From: an uncultured Balneolaceae bacterium
GTDB lineage: Bacteria > Bacteroidota > Rhodothermia > Balneolales > Balneolaceae
Reading direction: 5' to 3'
DNA length: 64,000 nt
Assembly: GCA_964457025.1 (NCBI GenBank)
Contig: CAYWDK010000001.1
Span: 30,273 to 94,272, forward strand
The notes under the pieces: model-generated
What the model was told of the DNA's origin: nothing
Seen by the model: the letters and a program-made list of their open reading frames with translations, nothing else
Databases searched by the model: none
In this document: positions 9,613 through 19,185 of the stretch, piece by piece
How positions within the stretch are numbered: the first letter of the stretch is position 1
How the letters are laid out: every line of letters starts with the position of its first letter
Made by a program: the position numbers and the translations under genes

Positions 9613-11382
9613 TTGAAACGAATACTGGCACATATCACACTGTATGCAATACTGCTGTCTGCCGTCTCTTGTACCAGTGGCAGGTGGACTGTCAAAAACA
9701 CCAGCGCTATTGATTCCACCGATTACGAGGTGATAAGCAGTTATGAATTCTTGCGTCAGTCATCCCGTCTAAGTCCCCAGGACCCCATCCTGAAATTGCA
9801 GCTGTTTTCCAGCACAACGTATCGGTATTCTGAGAAAGTACTGTTGCAGAGAATGATCCAGGATTACCGGTTGCGGCCAGGTTTTGTAGCCTTGGGCATT
9901 GTCGGAGCAGGACTGGCTTTTTATGCTGCAAATTCAAACACAATTACGGGCAGCAGCTCTTCTGTAAAGTCGATCACCCTCAATTCTGCAGGTAGTCTGC
10001 TGGTACTTACTGCCTTTTTGAATATGAAACCGGTGGGTGAGCCCAGGCCGACGGGGGAAGAGCGCTATCTTAGAAGGACCGGCTCACTGGTAAGCACAGA
10101 CACCTTGCAAATAAATACGACCGAGCAGACAGCCGATGTAGATATATTTTACGGGGATCAACTTGTACGGCAGGAGGTAGATACGCCAATGCCGTCGGGA
10201 CTGTTGAATATTGATCTCGGTTCGGCTATGAATTCCGTTTCCATCAGCGGCAACAGCCCTCGTCCTGTTTATGCTGACGTCCGCTTCAGGGATTCAACCT
10301 ATAATTACCAATTCAGCCTGGAAGAAATCTTGCAGCCTTTTGCACGCATTACATCTCCGCTTGCCGAGTTGCGTAATTCTGCTGAGGAGATTCCATCCAA
10401 TATACTGGCCGAGTTGGTCAACGGAAGCGAACTACAGATTGTGGAGCGAATCGACGACCGGTGGTATAAAGTGCTATATGGAATTTCAGAGAATTTCATC
10501 CTGCAGAGTGATGCCGAATTAATCTGGCGCACATCCGACTACTCCCAGCAAAGCCAGGTTGTGGCTGTTCCCCAAATACCTTTCGGCAATGTGGATGTGG
10601 AAAACAATATTCCCATTCTCTCCGGAATAAACAGGAATGCGGTAGGTTTCATTGTGACTAATGAGTCCTATAAAGATTCCCTCCCGACCAGGTCATATGC
10701 GAACAGAGACGGCAGGCTGATTAACACCTACCTGGAAAATGCTTTAGGCTATCGCCCCGAACGGCTCTTTCATGTTCAGGATGTTGAGTCGCAGGAACGG
10801 TTTGGGCAAACACTGCAACAGGTGGACCGAATGGCTACTGATAGTTCCGATCTTTTTGTCTACCTGAGCGGATATACCAAAGTGAACCGCTATGATGATG
10901 AATATGATTTTAGGTTTATACCTGTAGCTTCCGAAGGAGATTCCCTTTCTTCTTCCATTGATCTGCAAGAGGTATTTCGCTCAATCGCCGAGATGCCTTC
11001 CCGTCGGACAGTAGTTATAGCCGATCTTTCATTCAGGATGAATGGCGATTCAGCTTTAAGTGCTCAGACACTTGAGCTTGAGCAGCCACTCGGTCAACTT
11101 GCTAATATCGTCACAAGCAGAAAAGAGAGTGCTGCTGTGATTTTCGGTTCTAATATGAACCAGCAGTCGGGGCTCTATGTTAGCCGGCAAGGAGAAGACA
11201 AAAAGCACCGGATACTCCCTTATTTCTTTGCTAAAGCGTTACAGGAAAGAAGGTCAGTACTATCTGAAATCTATCAATTCCTGGAACGCAACATCTCCTA
11301 TACTTCTCGCCGACTGCATGACAGGCCGCAGGATCCCCAGTTCCATGGCAATATTTCAATTGAGCTGGTAGAAGATCGGTAA
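9613..11382 (+). CDS. Lipoprotein with an SH3b-like domain and a caspase (peptidase C14)-like domain lacking the His/Cys dyad
   Basis: 589 aa with a TTG start and a lipobox (LLSAVSC). The SH3b-like segment is ELVNGSELQIVERIDDRWYKVLYG. The C14-like motif series is NAVGFIVTNESY / YANRDGRLINTYL / DLFVYLSGYT / RTVVIADLSFRMNG. Tyr sits at the expected His position and Ser/Leu at the expected Cys position. Confidence 0.6.
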   Translation: MKRILAHITLYAILLSAVSCTSGRWTVKNTSAIDSTDYEVISSYEFLRQSSRLSPQDPILKLQLFSSTTYRYSEKVLLQRMIQDYRLRPGFVALGIVGAGLAFYAANSNTITGSSSSVKSITLNSAGSLLVLTAFLNMKPVGEPRPTGEERYLRRTGSLVSTDTLQINTTEQTADVDIFYGDQLVRQEVDTPMPSGLLNIDLGSAMNSVSISGNSPRPVYADVRFRDSTYNYQFSLEEILQPFARITSPLAELRNSAEEIPSNILAELVNGSELQIVERIDDRWYKVLYGISENFILQSDAELIWRTSDYSQQSQVVAVPQIPFGNVDVENNIPILSGINRNAVGFIVTNESYKDSLPTRSYANRDGRLINTYLENALGYRPERLFHVQDVESQERFGQTLQQVDRMATDSSDLFVYLSGYTKVNRYDDEYDFRFIPVASEGDSLSSSIDLQEVFRSIAEMPSRRTVVIADLSFRMNGDSALSAQTLELEQPLGQLANIVTSRKESAAVIFGSNMNQQSGLYVSRQGEDKKHRILPYFFAKALQERRSVLSEIYQFLERNISYTSRRLHDRPQDPQFHGNISIELVEDR

Positions 11383-12236
11383 TGGCCTACTTCTATATCT
11401 TACTTAGCGCAGGCTGTTCGCTGATGATCGTCCATTTTCTTAAGGCATCCGAAGTAGAGAAAAACCGAACCCTGAACACCCTTACCGTCAACTATCTCAT
11501 TGCTGCCATAGTCGCTTTCGGTACCGGCTTCGCCAAAGCCGGCACTGTAACGCTGCCACTTCAATGGCTCATTATGATTTTTTGCCTCGTTGTCGGTGCT
11601 TTCTTCATCGCAAACTTTATTGCTTACAGTAAGTCTGTTCACCTGAATGGGATGGGGGTAACCGTTACGGCTATGAGGCTTTCTCTGCTTTTCCCGGTAC
11701 TGCTTTCGGTATTCTATTATGGAGAATACATCGGCTGGATCAAGACGGCCGGTATCATTCTGGTATTCGGCTCACTGGTGTTACTGGTACCTAAAAACAA
11801 CAGCAGCAGGATAGGAAATATTCATGCCGGCTGGCTGCTGGTTATCATCTTTGCCATGACCGGTGTGGCAGACGCCTCACTGAAAGTGTATAAAGAAGAA
11901 TTCAGCCTGCAGCTTAATGAGCTTCAATTTATGGGAATCATATTTTCTGCTGCCTTTCTAATCGGTTTGGTAATGTGCCTGGTACGTAAAGGGCCGGTAT
12001 TCAACGGCAAGGAGATCAAGATGGGAATTCTTATTGGACTGCCGAACCTCTATTCATCGGTCTTTCTTATTTATGCTCTCTCCGATATCGACGGATCCAT
12101 TGCATTTCCCCTTGTTAATATCATAAGTGTCGGTGCCGGAACCGCATTGGGAATGTTATATTGGAAAGACAAGGTTAGTTCCCGGCAGTGGGTGGGGCTG
12201 GCCATAGCAATCATCTCAATTATTATTTTATTGTAA
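11382..12236 (+). CDS. DMT-superfamily (EamA-like) membrane transporter
   Basis: 284 aa with about 10 hydrophobic segments arranged as two similar halves. The start ATG overlaps the upstream TAA by 1 nt. The family assignment rests on topology and size only. Confidence 0.6.
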   Translation: MAYFYILLSAGCSLMIVHFLKASEVEKNRTLNTLTVNYLIAAIVAFGTGFAKAGTVTLPLQWLIMIFCLVVGAFFIANFIAYSKSVHLNGMGVTVTAMRLSLLFPVLLSVFYYGEYIGWIKTAGIILVFGSLVLLVPKNNSSRIGNIHAGWLLVIIFAMTGVADASLKVYKEEFSLQLNELQFMGIIFSAAFLIGLVMCLVRKGPVFNGKEIKMGILIGLPNLYSSVFLIYALSDIDGSIAFPLVNIISVGAGTALGMLYWKDKVSSRQWVGLAIAIISIIILL

Positions 12237-12237
12237 A

Positions 12238-13224
12238 ATGGACTTGATGAAAGACATAGCCGAACGCGCAGCATCCCGTAACCGGCACATCGTTTTTCCT
12301 GAAAGTGAAGACCCCAGGGTACTGAAAGCCGTTCAATACCTTTGTGAGAATAGCCTCTGTTCCGTCTCGGTTATCGGAAAAAAGAGCGATGTTCTGATGC
12401 GGGCAGACAACAACGAGATAGCCATCCCTGATACGGTTCGCTATCTTGACTTTCAAAACTGGGATCAGTCCGATAAACTGGCCGACTATCTTTTCAATAG
12501 AAGAAAGCATAAAGGGTTAAAAAGGAAAGAAGTGGAACAGTTGTTGGAAGACCCGCTTTTCTTTGCAGCATCAGCCGTAGGTTACGGCTATGCCGATGGC
12601 TGCGTGGCGGGTTCCGTAGCAACAACAGGGCAGGTTATACAAGCTGCCTTGCAATGCATAGGCATGAGAGATGAGGTATCCATTGTCTCAAGTATTTTTC
12701 TGATGGCAATGCCGGATAACAGAGTATTTACCTACGGAGATTGTGGAGTGGTTCCTTATCCCGATAAAGACCAGCTGGCCGATATTGCCATTGAATCGGC
12801 CCGAACCCACGAGCTGCTTACAGAACAAAAGCCGGTTGTAGCTATGCTCTCTTTTTCCACGAAGGGAAGTGCCGATCATGAACGTGTGCACCTTGTCAGA
12901 GACGCTCTCGGTATCGTGCGTAAAAAAACACCTGATTTGGTGATTGATGGGGAGTTTCAATTCGATGCAGCGCTGCTCCCGGAAGTGGCCGGTCGAAAGG
13001 CACCGGAGTCGGAAGTAGCCGGCCATGCCAATGTCTTTATTTTTCCTAACCTTGATGCCGGGAACATTGCTTACAAGATTACCGAGCGGTTGGGAGGAGC
13101 TACGGCAACCGGGCCTATCCTCCAGGGCCTGGCAAAACCGATGATGGACCTGTCCCGCGGCTGCGGTTGGATGGATATCGTCAATGCCGCCTGCGTCGCG
13201 GTATTGATGGGAGAAAACGATTAG
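12238..13224 (+). CDS. pta: Phosphate acetyltransferase (short form)
   Basis: 328 aa. The N-terminus IVFPESEDPRVLKA, the FSTKGSA motif and the C-terminal FPNLDAGNIAYKI...GPILQGLAKP are typical of Pta/PTA_PTB. Confidence 0.92.
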   Translation: MDLMKDIAERAASRNRHIVFPESEDPRVLKAVQYLCENSLCSVSVIGKKSDVLMRADNNEIAIPDTVRYLDFQNWDQSDKLADYLFNRRKHKGLKRKEVEQLLEDPLFFAASAVGYGYADGCVAGSVATTGQVIQAALQCIGMRDEVSIVSSIFLMAMPDNRVFTYGDCGVVPYPDKDQLADIAIESARTHELLTEQKPVVAMLSFSTKGSADHERVHLVRDALGIVRKKTPDLVIDGEFQFDAALLPEVAGRKAPESEVAGHANVFIFPNLDAGNIAYKITERLGGATATGPILQGLAKPMMDLSRGCGWMDIVNAACVAVLMGEND

Positions 13225-13226
13225 AT

Positions 13227-14183
13227 CTATCCGTACCAGCCCAGTTTAAATCCCCAGCGACCGATATCGAAGATAAATGCAAGACCCCAGTAATACACAA
13301 AGTACATACCTCCGGTTATTAGGGCCACGCTGCTGATCATCCTGAACTTGTAAGGTTTGGTTTGAGCCGCCAAACCGATCTTTTCTCCCGCAAGCCAAAC
13401 TACCAGGAAGAAAATAAGCGCCATAACCGCTATCTGCCCAAGCCCCTGTATCATCATAGTTAGGGCACCATACAGCGGGTTGGATGCACTGGCGGCGTAA
13501 ACAAGAAACTCCCTAAAGACTGGGAAGGGCCGGCCGACAGCAAAAAATCCTACAAGTGTACCCAGTAAACCGGCTTTTACGGTATCCTGAGCCAAAAAGC
13601 TTCGGGTCTTTTTAGAGAGCCTGGACTTGAGTTTATCCAGATAACCCATCTCAAATGCTCCCCAAACCAGCATGATGATACCCAAGAGGCTGAAAACCGC
13701 CTGGGCTTGAGCCAGTCGGATAGCGCGTTCATTGATCATCTCTACACCCTCGCGTCCCAGGAAACCGATAAAAAAGCCGTAAAAAGCTGTAATCGACATC
13801 ACTCCGTATACAAAAGAGCGGAACGCTTTCCAGGCAGTGCGGCTGCCGCCTTGGTCGTCAACCGAACAAGCAAGGCCCGGGATCATGGCAAAAACCACAC
13901 AGTTGCAGGCCGTAAAGGTGGCTGCCAATCCTGCAATGGCTGCAAAGAGAAATCCGAAGCCACTGCCTTTGCTGGCAAAATTACCTGCAAGCTCGGAAGA
14001 ATTACCGATGGTGTTGCCTACCACCACTTCCTTGCCAAAACCATCTACCAGGTGATAATTCCAGAAACCGGCTATGGTAATTGCTGTTGCAATAGCCAGA
14101 AGGGTATAGATTACTCTCTTGCGAAAACTGTAAACACTTTTAAAGTCACTCGTACCACTATTGTATTGAGTATCAGACGGCAT
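13227..14183 (-). CDS. Polytopic membrane protein, family uncertain (possible DsbD/CcdA-like thiol-transfer protein)
   Basis: 318 aa with about 8 hydrophobic helices. A Cys pair lies inside a TM helix (TFTACNCVVFAMIPGLAC). The family is not recognised with confidence. Confidence 0.55.
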   Translation of the reverse strand: MPSDTQYNSGTSDFKSVYSFRKRVIYTLLAIATAITIAGFWNYHLVDGFGKEVVVGNTIGNSSELAGNFASKGSGFGFLFAAIAGLAATFTACNCVVFAMIPGLACSVDDQGGSRTAWKAFRSFVYGVMSITAFYGFFIGFLGREGVEMINERAIRLAQAQAVFSLLGIIMLVWGAFEMGYLDKLKSRLSKKTRSFLAQDTVKAGLLGTLVGFFAVGRPFPVFREFLVYAASASNPLYGALTMMIQGLGQIAVMALIFFLVVWLAGEKIGLAAQTKPYKFRMISSVALITGGMYFVYYWGLAFIFDIGRWGFKLGWYG

Positions 14184-14271
14184 ATTCTTATATGTTATAG
14201 CTTTTGCGGTTGTGTAAGATTGTAAAAAATAAAATCGTCATACAAAATAATATTTACGGTACAGACAGTAC

Positions 14272-14418
14272 ATGCCATATACCAGAGAAGAGATTGCAGC
14301 CGACTTGGCTCGTTCAACTCAAGAATTGCTTCATACAATAGAAAGATTTCCGGAAGATCAGTTTAATGCAGTACCTCCAGAAGGAGGATGCGGAAGGGGC
14401 TCTATACCCTTTATATAG
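14272..14418 (+). pseudogene. Remnant of a DinB-family gene (N-terminal ~40 codons only)
   Basis: A 48-codon ORF, too short for the supplied track, translates to MPYTREEIAADLARSTQELLHTIERFPEDQFNAVPPEGGCGRGSIPFI*. It resembles the first helix and loop of DinB_2-type proteins. The same ...VP...PPEG(K/W)SI pattern occurs in the ORF at 45582. It stops just before the 3' end of the convergent methyltransferase gene. Confidence 0.35.
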
Positions 14419-14438
14419 ATACCGCTTTGGCAGATTAG

Positions 14439-15140
14439 TTACGCTCTTATAGCTTCTATACAAACCGAATGCATTTGCATTTCTCTGCCTTCGATTTCAA
14501 GGGGCGGGTCTTTTTTACTTACTGTTCTGCTGACTGAAAAACTGTTTTCAGTCAGCATTTCACTCCATCTTTCCGGGCTGTAAAGGTTAAAGCCGTGCTC
14601 AACGAAGGGTAGTTTCTTCATACTTTCTACCGACCGGATTCCCGTATAAAACTTGCCGCCCTTTTTTAACACGCGGCGGACTTCTTTAAGGTGTGTTGAA
14701 GGTTCATCCCAAAAATAGATTACCATATTGCAATACACCTTGTCAAAAAAGTTATCGGGGAAGGGGAGGTCATTGCTGTTGCCCTGTACCAACGAGAGCC
14801 TGCCTGAATTAACATGATATCGGTTCTGGTCGGATGCCTGCGTTACCATTTCCCGGGAATAGTCGACTCCGCTTACCTTCAGCTCTTCGGCTGCACCAAA
14901 AAGCTTCTCAAAAAAAGTACCGCTTCCGAATCCTATTTCAAGAATCGACTCTCCATCCGAAGGTTCCATAACTTCCAGGGTGAGGTCAAACAGCGGGGCG
15001 TTGACCTCATCCATCTTTGCTGAAATTTTGGGTGCAAAGTCTCCCTCAGGTTTTCGCAATTGACTTGCAACAAATTCCGGATCCGGACCGGAATCGTCCC
15101 CGGCACCGAGAATAGACTTCAGGCGTTCTATTAAGTTCAT
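14439..15140 (-). CDS. Class I SAM-dependent methyltransferase (Methyltransf_11/UbiE-like)
   Basis: SAM motif I is ILEIGFGSG, and the post-I/II region is VSGVDYS...VYCNMVIYFW. I place the start at ATG 15138-15140 (MNLIERL...). The supplied 288-aa ORF adds a 55-codon leader that does not look coding. Confidence 0.85.
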   Translation of the reverse strand: MNLIERLKSILGAGDDSGPDPEFVASQLRKPEGDFAPKISAKMDEVNAPLFDLTLEVMEPSDGESILEIGFGSGTFFEKLFGAAEELKVSGVDYSREMVTQASDQNRYHVNSGRLSLVQGNSNDLPFPDNFFDKVYCNMVIYFWDEPSTHLKEVRRVLKKGGKFYTGIRSVESMKKLPFVEHGFNLYSPERWSEMLTENSFSVSRTVSKKDPPLEIEGREMQMHSVCIEAIRA

Positions 15141-15532
15141 CTTTCCTACCTCCCGACAATTTTGTTGAAATATCAATAGCCTTAATATTTGTAACACAGA
15201 GCAAAGGCTCAAATGGAGAGGAACTTTAGATAGGGATAACCTCCCTCGATAGCCCGCATAAGACCTTTCGATTGGAAGCCTTACAAAAAAAGCGAGATCA
15301 TTCATGATAGTATTTGCAGGCTAGGAGAACCAATACACCCGATATAAAAGTTTAACTTGCAGGGAACATTGCTTATATTTGGACTCTGTTCCCGGGCTGA
15401 TAAAAAAAGAAAGTTCTACAGCTTTGTGCACCTCAATCTAGACTTAGTCCAGTTTAGCATTGAACGGACAAATCGGGTCCAGTGTTAAGCAGTTTGACAA
15501 TCAGTAACCAATAACTCGGTCACTCTATACTT

Positions 15533-16984
15533 ATGAGCGAAACGCAAGCTATGGAATCCATGATCGGCGGTGAATACAAATACGGTTTCACTACCGATGT
15601 GGAATATGAAGATTTTCCGAAAGGCATCAATGAGGATATCATCCGGGAGATTTCCCGTCGCAAGGATGAGCCCGAGTGGATGCTTGAATTTCGTCTTGAA
15701 GCTTTTGAAAAATGGCAACAGATGGAAGAGCCGGACTGGGCTAACATCAAGTACCCCAAGCCCGACTTCCAGGACATCCAATATTATTCGGCTCCCAAAA
15801 ATAAGCCGGACAAGGACAAGCCGGAAAGCCTGGACGACATTGATCCCGAAATCAAGGCGACCTACGACAAGCTGGGCATTCCTCTTGAGGAACAGAAGAT
15901 GCTTGCCGGCGTTGCCGTGGATGCCGTCTTCGACAGCGTTTCCATCTTTACGACTTTCAAAGAGAAGCTGGCGGAAGCGGGCGTTATTTTCTGCTCTATT
16001 TCTGAAGCCATTCAGAAATATCCCGAGCTGGTAAAAGAGTATATGGGCTCGGTAGTTCCGAAAGGCGATAACTTCTATGCCGCGCTGAATTCGGCGGTCT
16101 TTTCCGACGGTTCGTTCTGTTACGTACCCAAAGACACCGTTTGCCCGATGGAGCTCTCCACCTATTTCCGCATCAATAACATGCAGAGCGGGCAGTTTGA
16201 GCGTACGCTCATTATCTGTGAGGATAACAGCCACGTAAGCTACCTCGAAGGGTGTACGGCGCCCATGTTTTCCAAAACACAGATGCACGCTGCTGTTGTA
16301 GAGCTTGTTGCCAAAGAAAATGCCGAGATCAAATATTCTACCATCCAGAACTGGTATTCCGGCGACGAAGAGGGCCAGGGAGGTATCTATAACTTTGTTA
16401 CCAAACGCGGACACTGCCGCGGGGACAACTCAAAGATCTCCTGGACCCAGGTCGAAACCGGTTCGGCCATCACCTGGAAATATCCCAGTGTGATCCTGCA
16501 GGGAGATAACTCTATTGGCGAGTTCTTCTCCGTAGCCGTTACCAATAAGCGGCAGCAAGCCGATACCGGCACCAAGATGATTCACGTCGGTAAAAACACG
16601 AAGAGTACAATTATTTCCAAAGGTATTTCAGCCGGGGAGTCGAATAACAGCTACCGCGGCTTGGTGAAGATAAGTCCGCGTGCTGAAAATGCACAAAACT
16701 ATTCGGTATGCGACTCCATGCTCATCGGACAGACCTGCGGAGCACATACTTTCCCTTATATCGAGTCGGCCAACCCGACCGCCAAGGTAGAGCACGAAGC
16801 CACCACCAGCCGCATCGGCGAAGACCAGATCTTCTACCTCCAGCAACGGGGCATGGATGAAGACGATGCCATCTCGATGGTGGTGAACGGTTTTGCCAAA
16901 GAAGTACTCAAAGAGCTGCCCATGGAATTTGCCGTCGAGGCCGACAAGCTGCTCGGCATCAAGCTCGAAGGCAGCGTGGGATAA
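15533..16984 (+). CDS. sufB: Fe-S cluster assembly scaffold SufB
   Basis: 483 aa of strongly conserved SufB sequence (e.g. [52 protein letters not shown]). Confidence 0.97.
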   Translation: MSETQAMESMIGGEYKYGFTTDVEYEDFPKGINEDIIREISRRKDEPEWMLEFRLEAFEKWQQMEEPDWANIKYPKPDFQDIQYYSAPKNKPDKDKPESLDDIDPEIKATYDKLGIPLEEQKMLAGVAVDAVFDSVSIFTTFKEKLAEAGVIFCSISEAIQKYPELVKEYMGSVVPKGDNFYAALNSAVFSDGSFCYVPKDTVCPMELSTYFRINNMQSGQFERTLIICEDNSHVSYLEGCTAPMFSKTQMHAAVVELVAKENAEIKYSTIQNWYSGDEEGQGGIYNFVTKRGHCRGDNSKISWTQVETGSAITWKYPSVILQGDNSIGEFFSVAVTNKRQQADTGTKMIHVGKNTKSTIISKGISAGESNNSYRGLVKISPRAENAQNYSVCDSMLIGQTCGAHTFPYIESANPTAKVEHEATTSRIGEDQIFYLQQRGMDEDDAISMVVNGFAKEVLKELPMEFAVEADKLLGIKLEGSVG

Positions 16985-17058
16985 GCCTGTTTTTGCACCG
17001 ATTGAAATTGATTCAGTAAACAAATTAACCAACCAAACATTAGTAAAGGAACGATAAC

Positions 17059-17838
17059 GTGCTAGAGATTAAAGACTTACATGCTGTTGTCGAAGAGGAC
17101 GGAACGGAAATCCTCAAAGGCGTAAACCTTAAGATGAACAAGGGCGAGATCCATGCCATCATGGGCCCCAACGGAAGCGGTAAATCGACGCTTGCCAAGA
17201 TTGTAGCAGGTCATCCCGCTTATGAAGTAACCCAGGGCGACGTGCTTTTTGAAGGAGAAAGTATTTTAGAGCTGGACCCTGAAGAGCGCGCTCACCTCGG
17301 AATCTTCCTTGCTTTCCAGTATCCGGTGGAAGTACCCGGCGTGACCAATAAGACATTGTTGCGTCAGGCGTACAATACCGTAGCCAAAGAACAGGGACGG
17401 GAAGAGCTAGATCCTCTGGAGTTCGAAGATTATGTGGAAGAACGCCTGAAGATTGTCGAAATGAAGAAAGAGTTTCTCGACCGAAGCGTCAACGCCGGTT
17501 TTTCTGGCGGCGAGAAAAAACGCAATGAAATTTTCCAGATGGCCGTGCTTAATCCCAAGCTGTCGTTCTTGGACGAGACGGATTCAGGCCTCGATATCGA
17601 TGCCCTTAAAATCGTAGCCAGCGGTATCAATCACCTGGCCGATAATGATAAAGCCATCTGCCTGGTCACGCACTATCAGCGAATCCTTGACTACGTGGTG
17701 CCCGACCAAGTACATGTTATGCTGGACGGAAAAATTGTGAAGTCCGGCGACAAGGATCTCGCTGTCAAGCTTGAAGATGAAGGATACGACTGGCTTACCG
17801 ATCTGGCATCTGTATCAATAAATGGAGAACAGAATTAA
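17059..17838 (+). CDS. sufC: Fe-S cluster assembly ATPase SufC
   Basis: 259 aa with a GTG start. It has Walker [10 protein letters not shown], the ABC signature FSGGEKKR and Walker [13 protein letters not shown]. The MLEIKDLH N-terminus is typical of SufC. Confidence 0.97.
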   Translation: MLEIKDLHAVVEEDGTEILKGVNLKMNKGEIHAIMGPNGSGKSTLAKIVAGHPAYEVTQGDVLFEGESILELDPEERAHLGIFLAFQYPVEVPGVTNKTLLRQAYNTVAKEQGREELDPLEFEDYVEERLKIVEMKKEFLDRSVNAGFSGGEKKRNEIFQMAVLNPKLSFLDETDSGLDIDALKIVASGINHLADNDKAICLVTHYQRILDYVVPDQVHVMLDGKIVKSGDKDLAVKLEDEGYDWLTDLASVSINGEQN

Positions 17839-19180
17839 GCATATGGCGAATATCAAGAAACAGACCGACGAATTTTTACCCGAACTGCTTAAATTCCAGG
17901 GATCCCTGAACGGCAAATCGAAACTGCTGGACGAACTGCGCCTTAAGGGTGCTGAAGAGGTCCGTAGAATGCCGTTTCCCGACAAGAAAGATGAAGACTG
18001 GAAATTCATCAGCCTGAGAGAACTCTACAACGATACCTACACTCCGGCCAGGGAACTCGAAATTGAGGTACCTGACATAAGCAGCTATTATATCCCTGAA
18101 AGCAATGACGCACGGCTGGTATTTATAAACGGCATCTTTTCAGCCGAACATTCTTCAACCGACGACCTGCCGGAAGAGCTTGTAATCGGGAACCTCGCGG
18201 ATCTTGCAGCGGATGACAATGAAATCATCAAACAGCATCTCAACAGCTATGCCGATTTTGAGGATGACATTTTTACCTCTTTCAATACGGCTTTCCTTCA
18301 GGACGGCGCTTTTATTTATGTCCCGAAGGGATTGAAGGTAGAAACACCGGTCCACCTGCTGAATATACAGACTGATGCAGAAGAGACCTATTTTACCACT
18401 TCTCGAAGTCTTATTGTTGCCGACGAGGAATCGGAACTCACACTTGTGGAAGACCACATCGGCCTGGGTGATAACAAATATTTCAACTTGCCTGTTGTAG
18501 AAGTCAACCTGCAGCGTGAGGCTTTTGTCAAGCACACCAAGATCCAACGCGACAGCAAAAAGGCTATTCACGTTGCCCGGGTTGGTGCACATGTAAACCA
18601 TCACGCCAACTATGAGTCCTATACCATTACCCTGGGGGCGAAGCTTTCCAGGAATGAACCACGAATTACCCAGCTTGAAGAAGAGGTCAAATTTACGGTC
18701 GACGGCCTGGTACTTATAGATGGAGACCAGGTATCGGATACCCACTCCGTAATGGATCATAAATTTTCTCACTGTGAGAGCCACCAACTGCACAAATGCA
18801 TCATCGACGGGAAGGCTCATTCTGTCTTTAACGGGAAGATTTTCGTTCGGAAAGACGCCCAGAAAATCGACTCCTTCCAGGAAAACCGGAACCTGCTGCT
18901 TTCGCGCAAGGGGCTGGTCAATACCAAACCGCAACTTGAAATTTTTGCTGATGATGTAGTTTGTACACACGGTGCGACCGTGGGACAACTGGAAGAAGAC
19001 GAGGTATTCTACCTGAAGAGCCGCGGACTCAATGAACATCAGGCAAGAGAGTTGTTGATTTATGCTTTTGCCCTGGAAACCATTGAAAATATTACCGTCG
19101 ACTCTGTTCAAAAACTGCTCGTTGACCAGGTTCACAAATACACCAACCGCCAATTGGATTCCGAGCTTATTGCGGAATAA
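17822..19180 (+). CDS. sufD: Fe-S cluster assembly protein SufD
   Basis: 452 aa with the SufB/SufD C-terminal beta-helix region ([21 protein letters not shown]). An alternative start is ATG 17843 (MANIKK...), 5 nt after the sufC stop. Confidence 0.93.
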   Translation: MENRIKHMANIKKQTDEFLPELLKFQGSLNGKSKLLDELRLKGAEEVRRMPFPDKKDEDWKFISLRELYNDTYTPARELEIEVPDISSYYIPESNDARLVFINGIFSAEHSSTDDLPEELVIGNLADLAADDNEIIKQHLNSYADFEDDIFTSFNTAFLQDGAFIYVPKGLKVETPVHLLNIQTDAEETYFTTSRSLIVADEESELTLVEDHIGLGDNKYFNLPVVEVNLQREAFVKHTKIQRDSKKAIHVARVGAHVNHHANYESYTITLGAKLSRNEPRITQLEEEVKFTVDGLVLIDGDQVSDTHSVMDHKFSHCESHQLHKCIIDGKAHSVFNGKIFVRKDAQKIDSFQENRNLLLSRKGLVNTKPQLEIFADDVVCTHGATVGQLEEDEVFYLKSRGLNEHQARELLIYAFALETIENITVDSVQKLLVDQVHKYTNRQLDSELIAE

Positions 19181-19185
19181 CCGAC

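Noticed and set aside
15485-16414. 309-aa ORF antisense to sufB. Similar long antisense ORFs lie at 18155-19198 (347 aa, opposite sufD), 30622-31527 (301 aa, opposite moxR), 3740-4444 (opposite metG), 36112-36792 and 38278-38886 (opposite paralogue 1), and 5378-5962.
   Set aside because: In every case the antisense codon boundaries coincide exactly with the sense-gene codon boundaries (same coordinate modulo 3). This is the classic shadow frame, which stays open whenever the sense gene avoids TTA, CTA and TCA codons. The sense genes are unmistakably conserved proteins. The antisense translations are low-complexity, Arg/Leu/Ser-rich and lack recognisable motifs.
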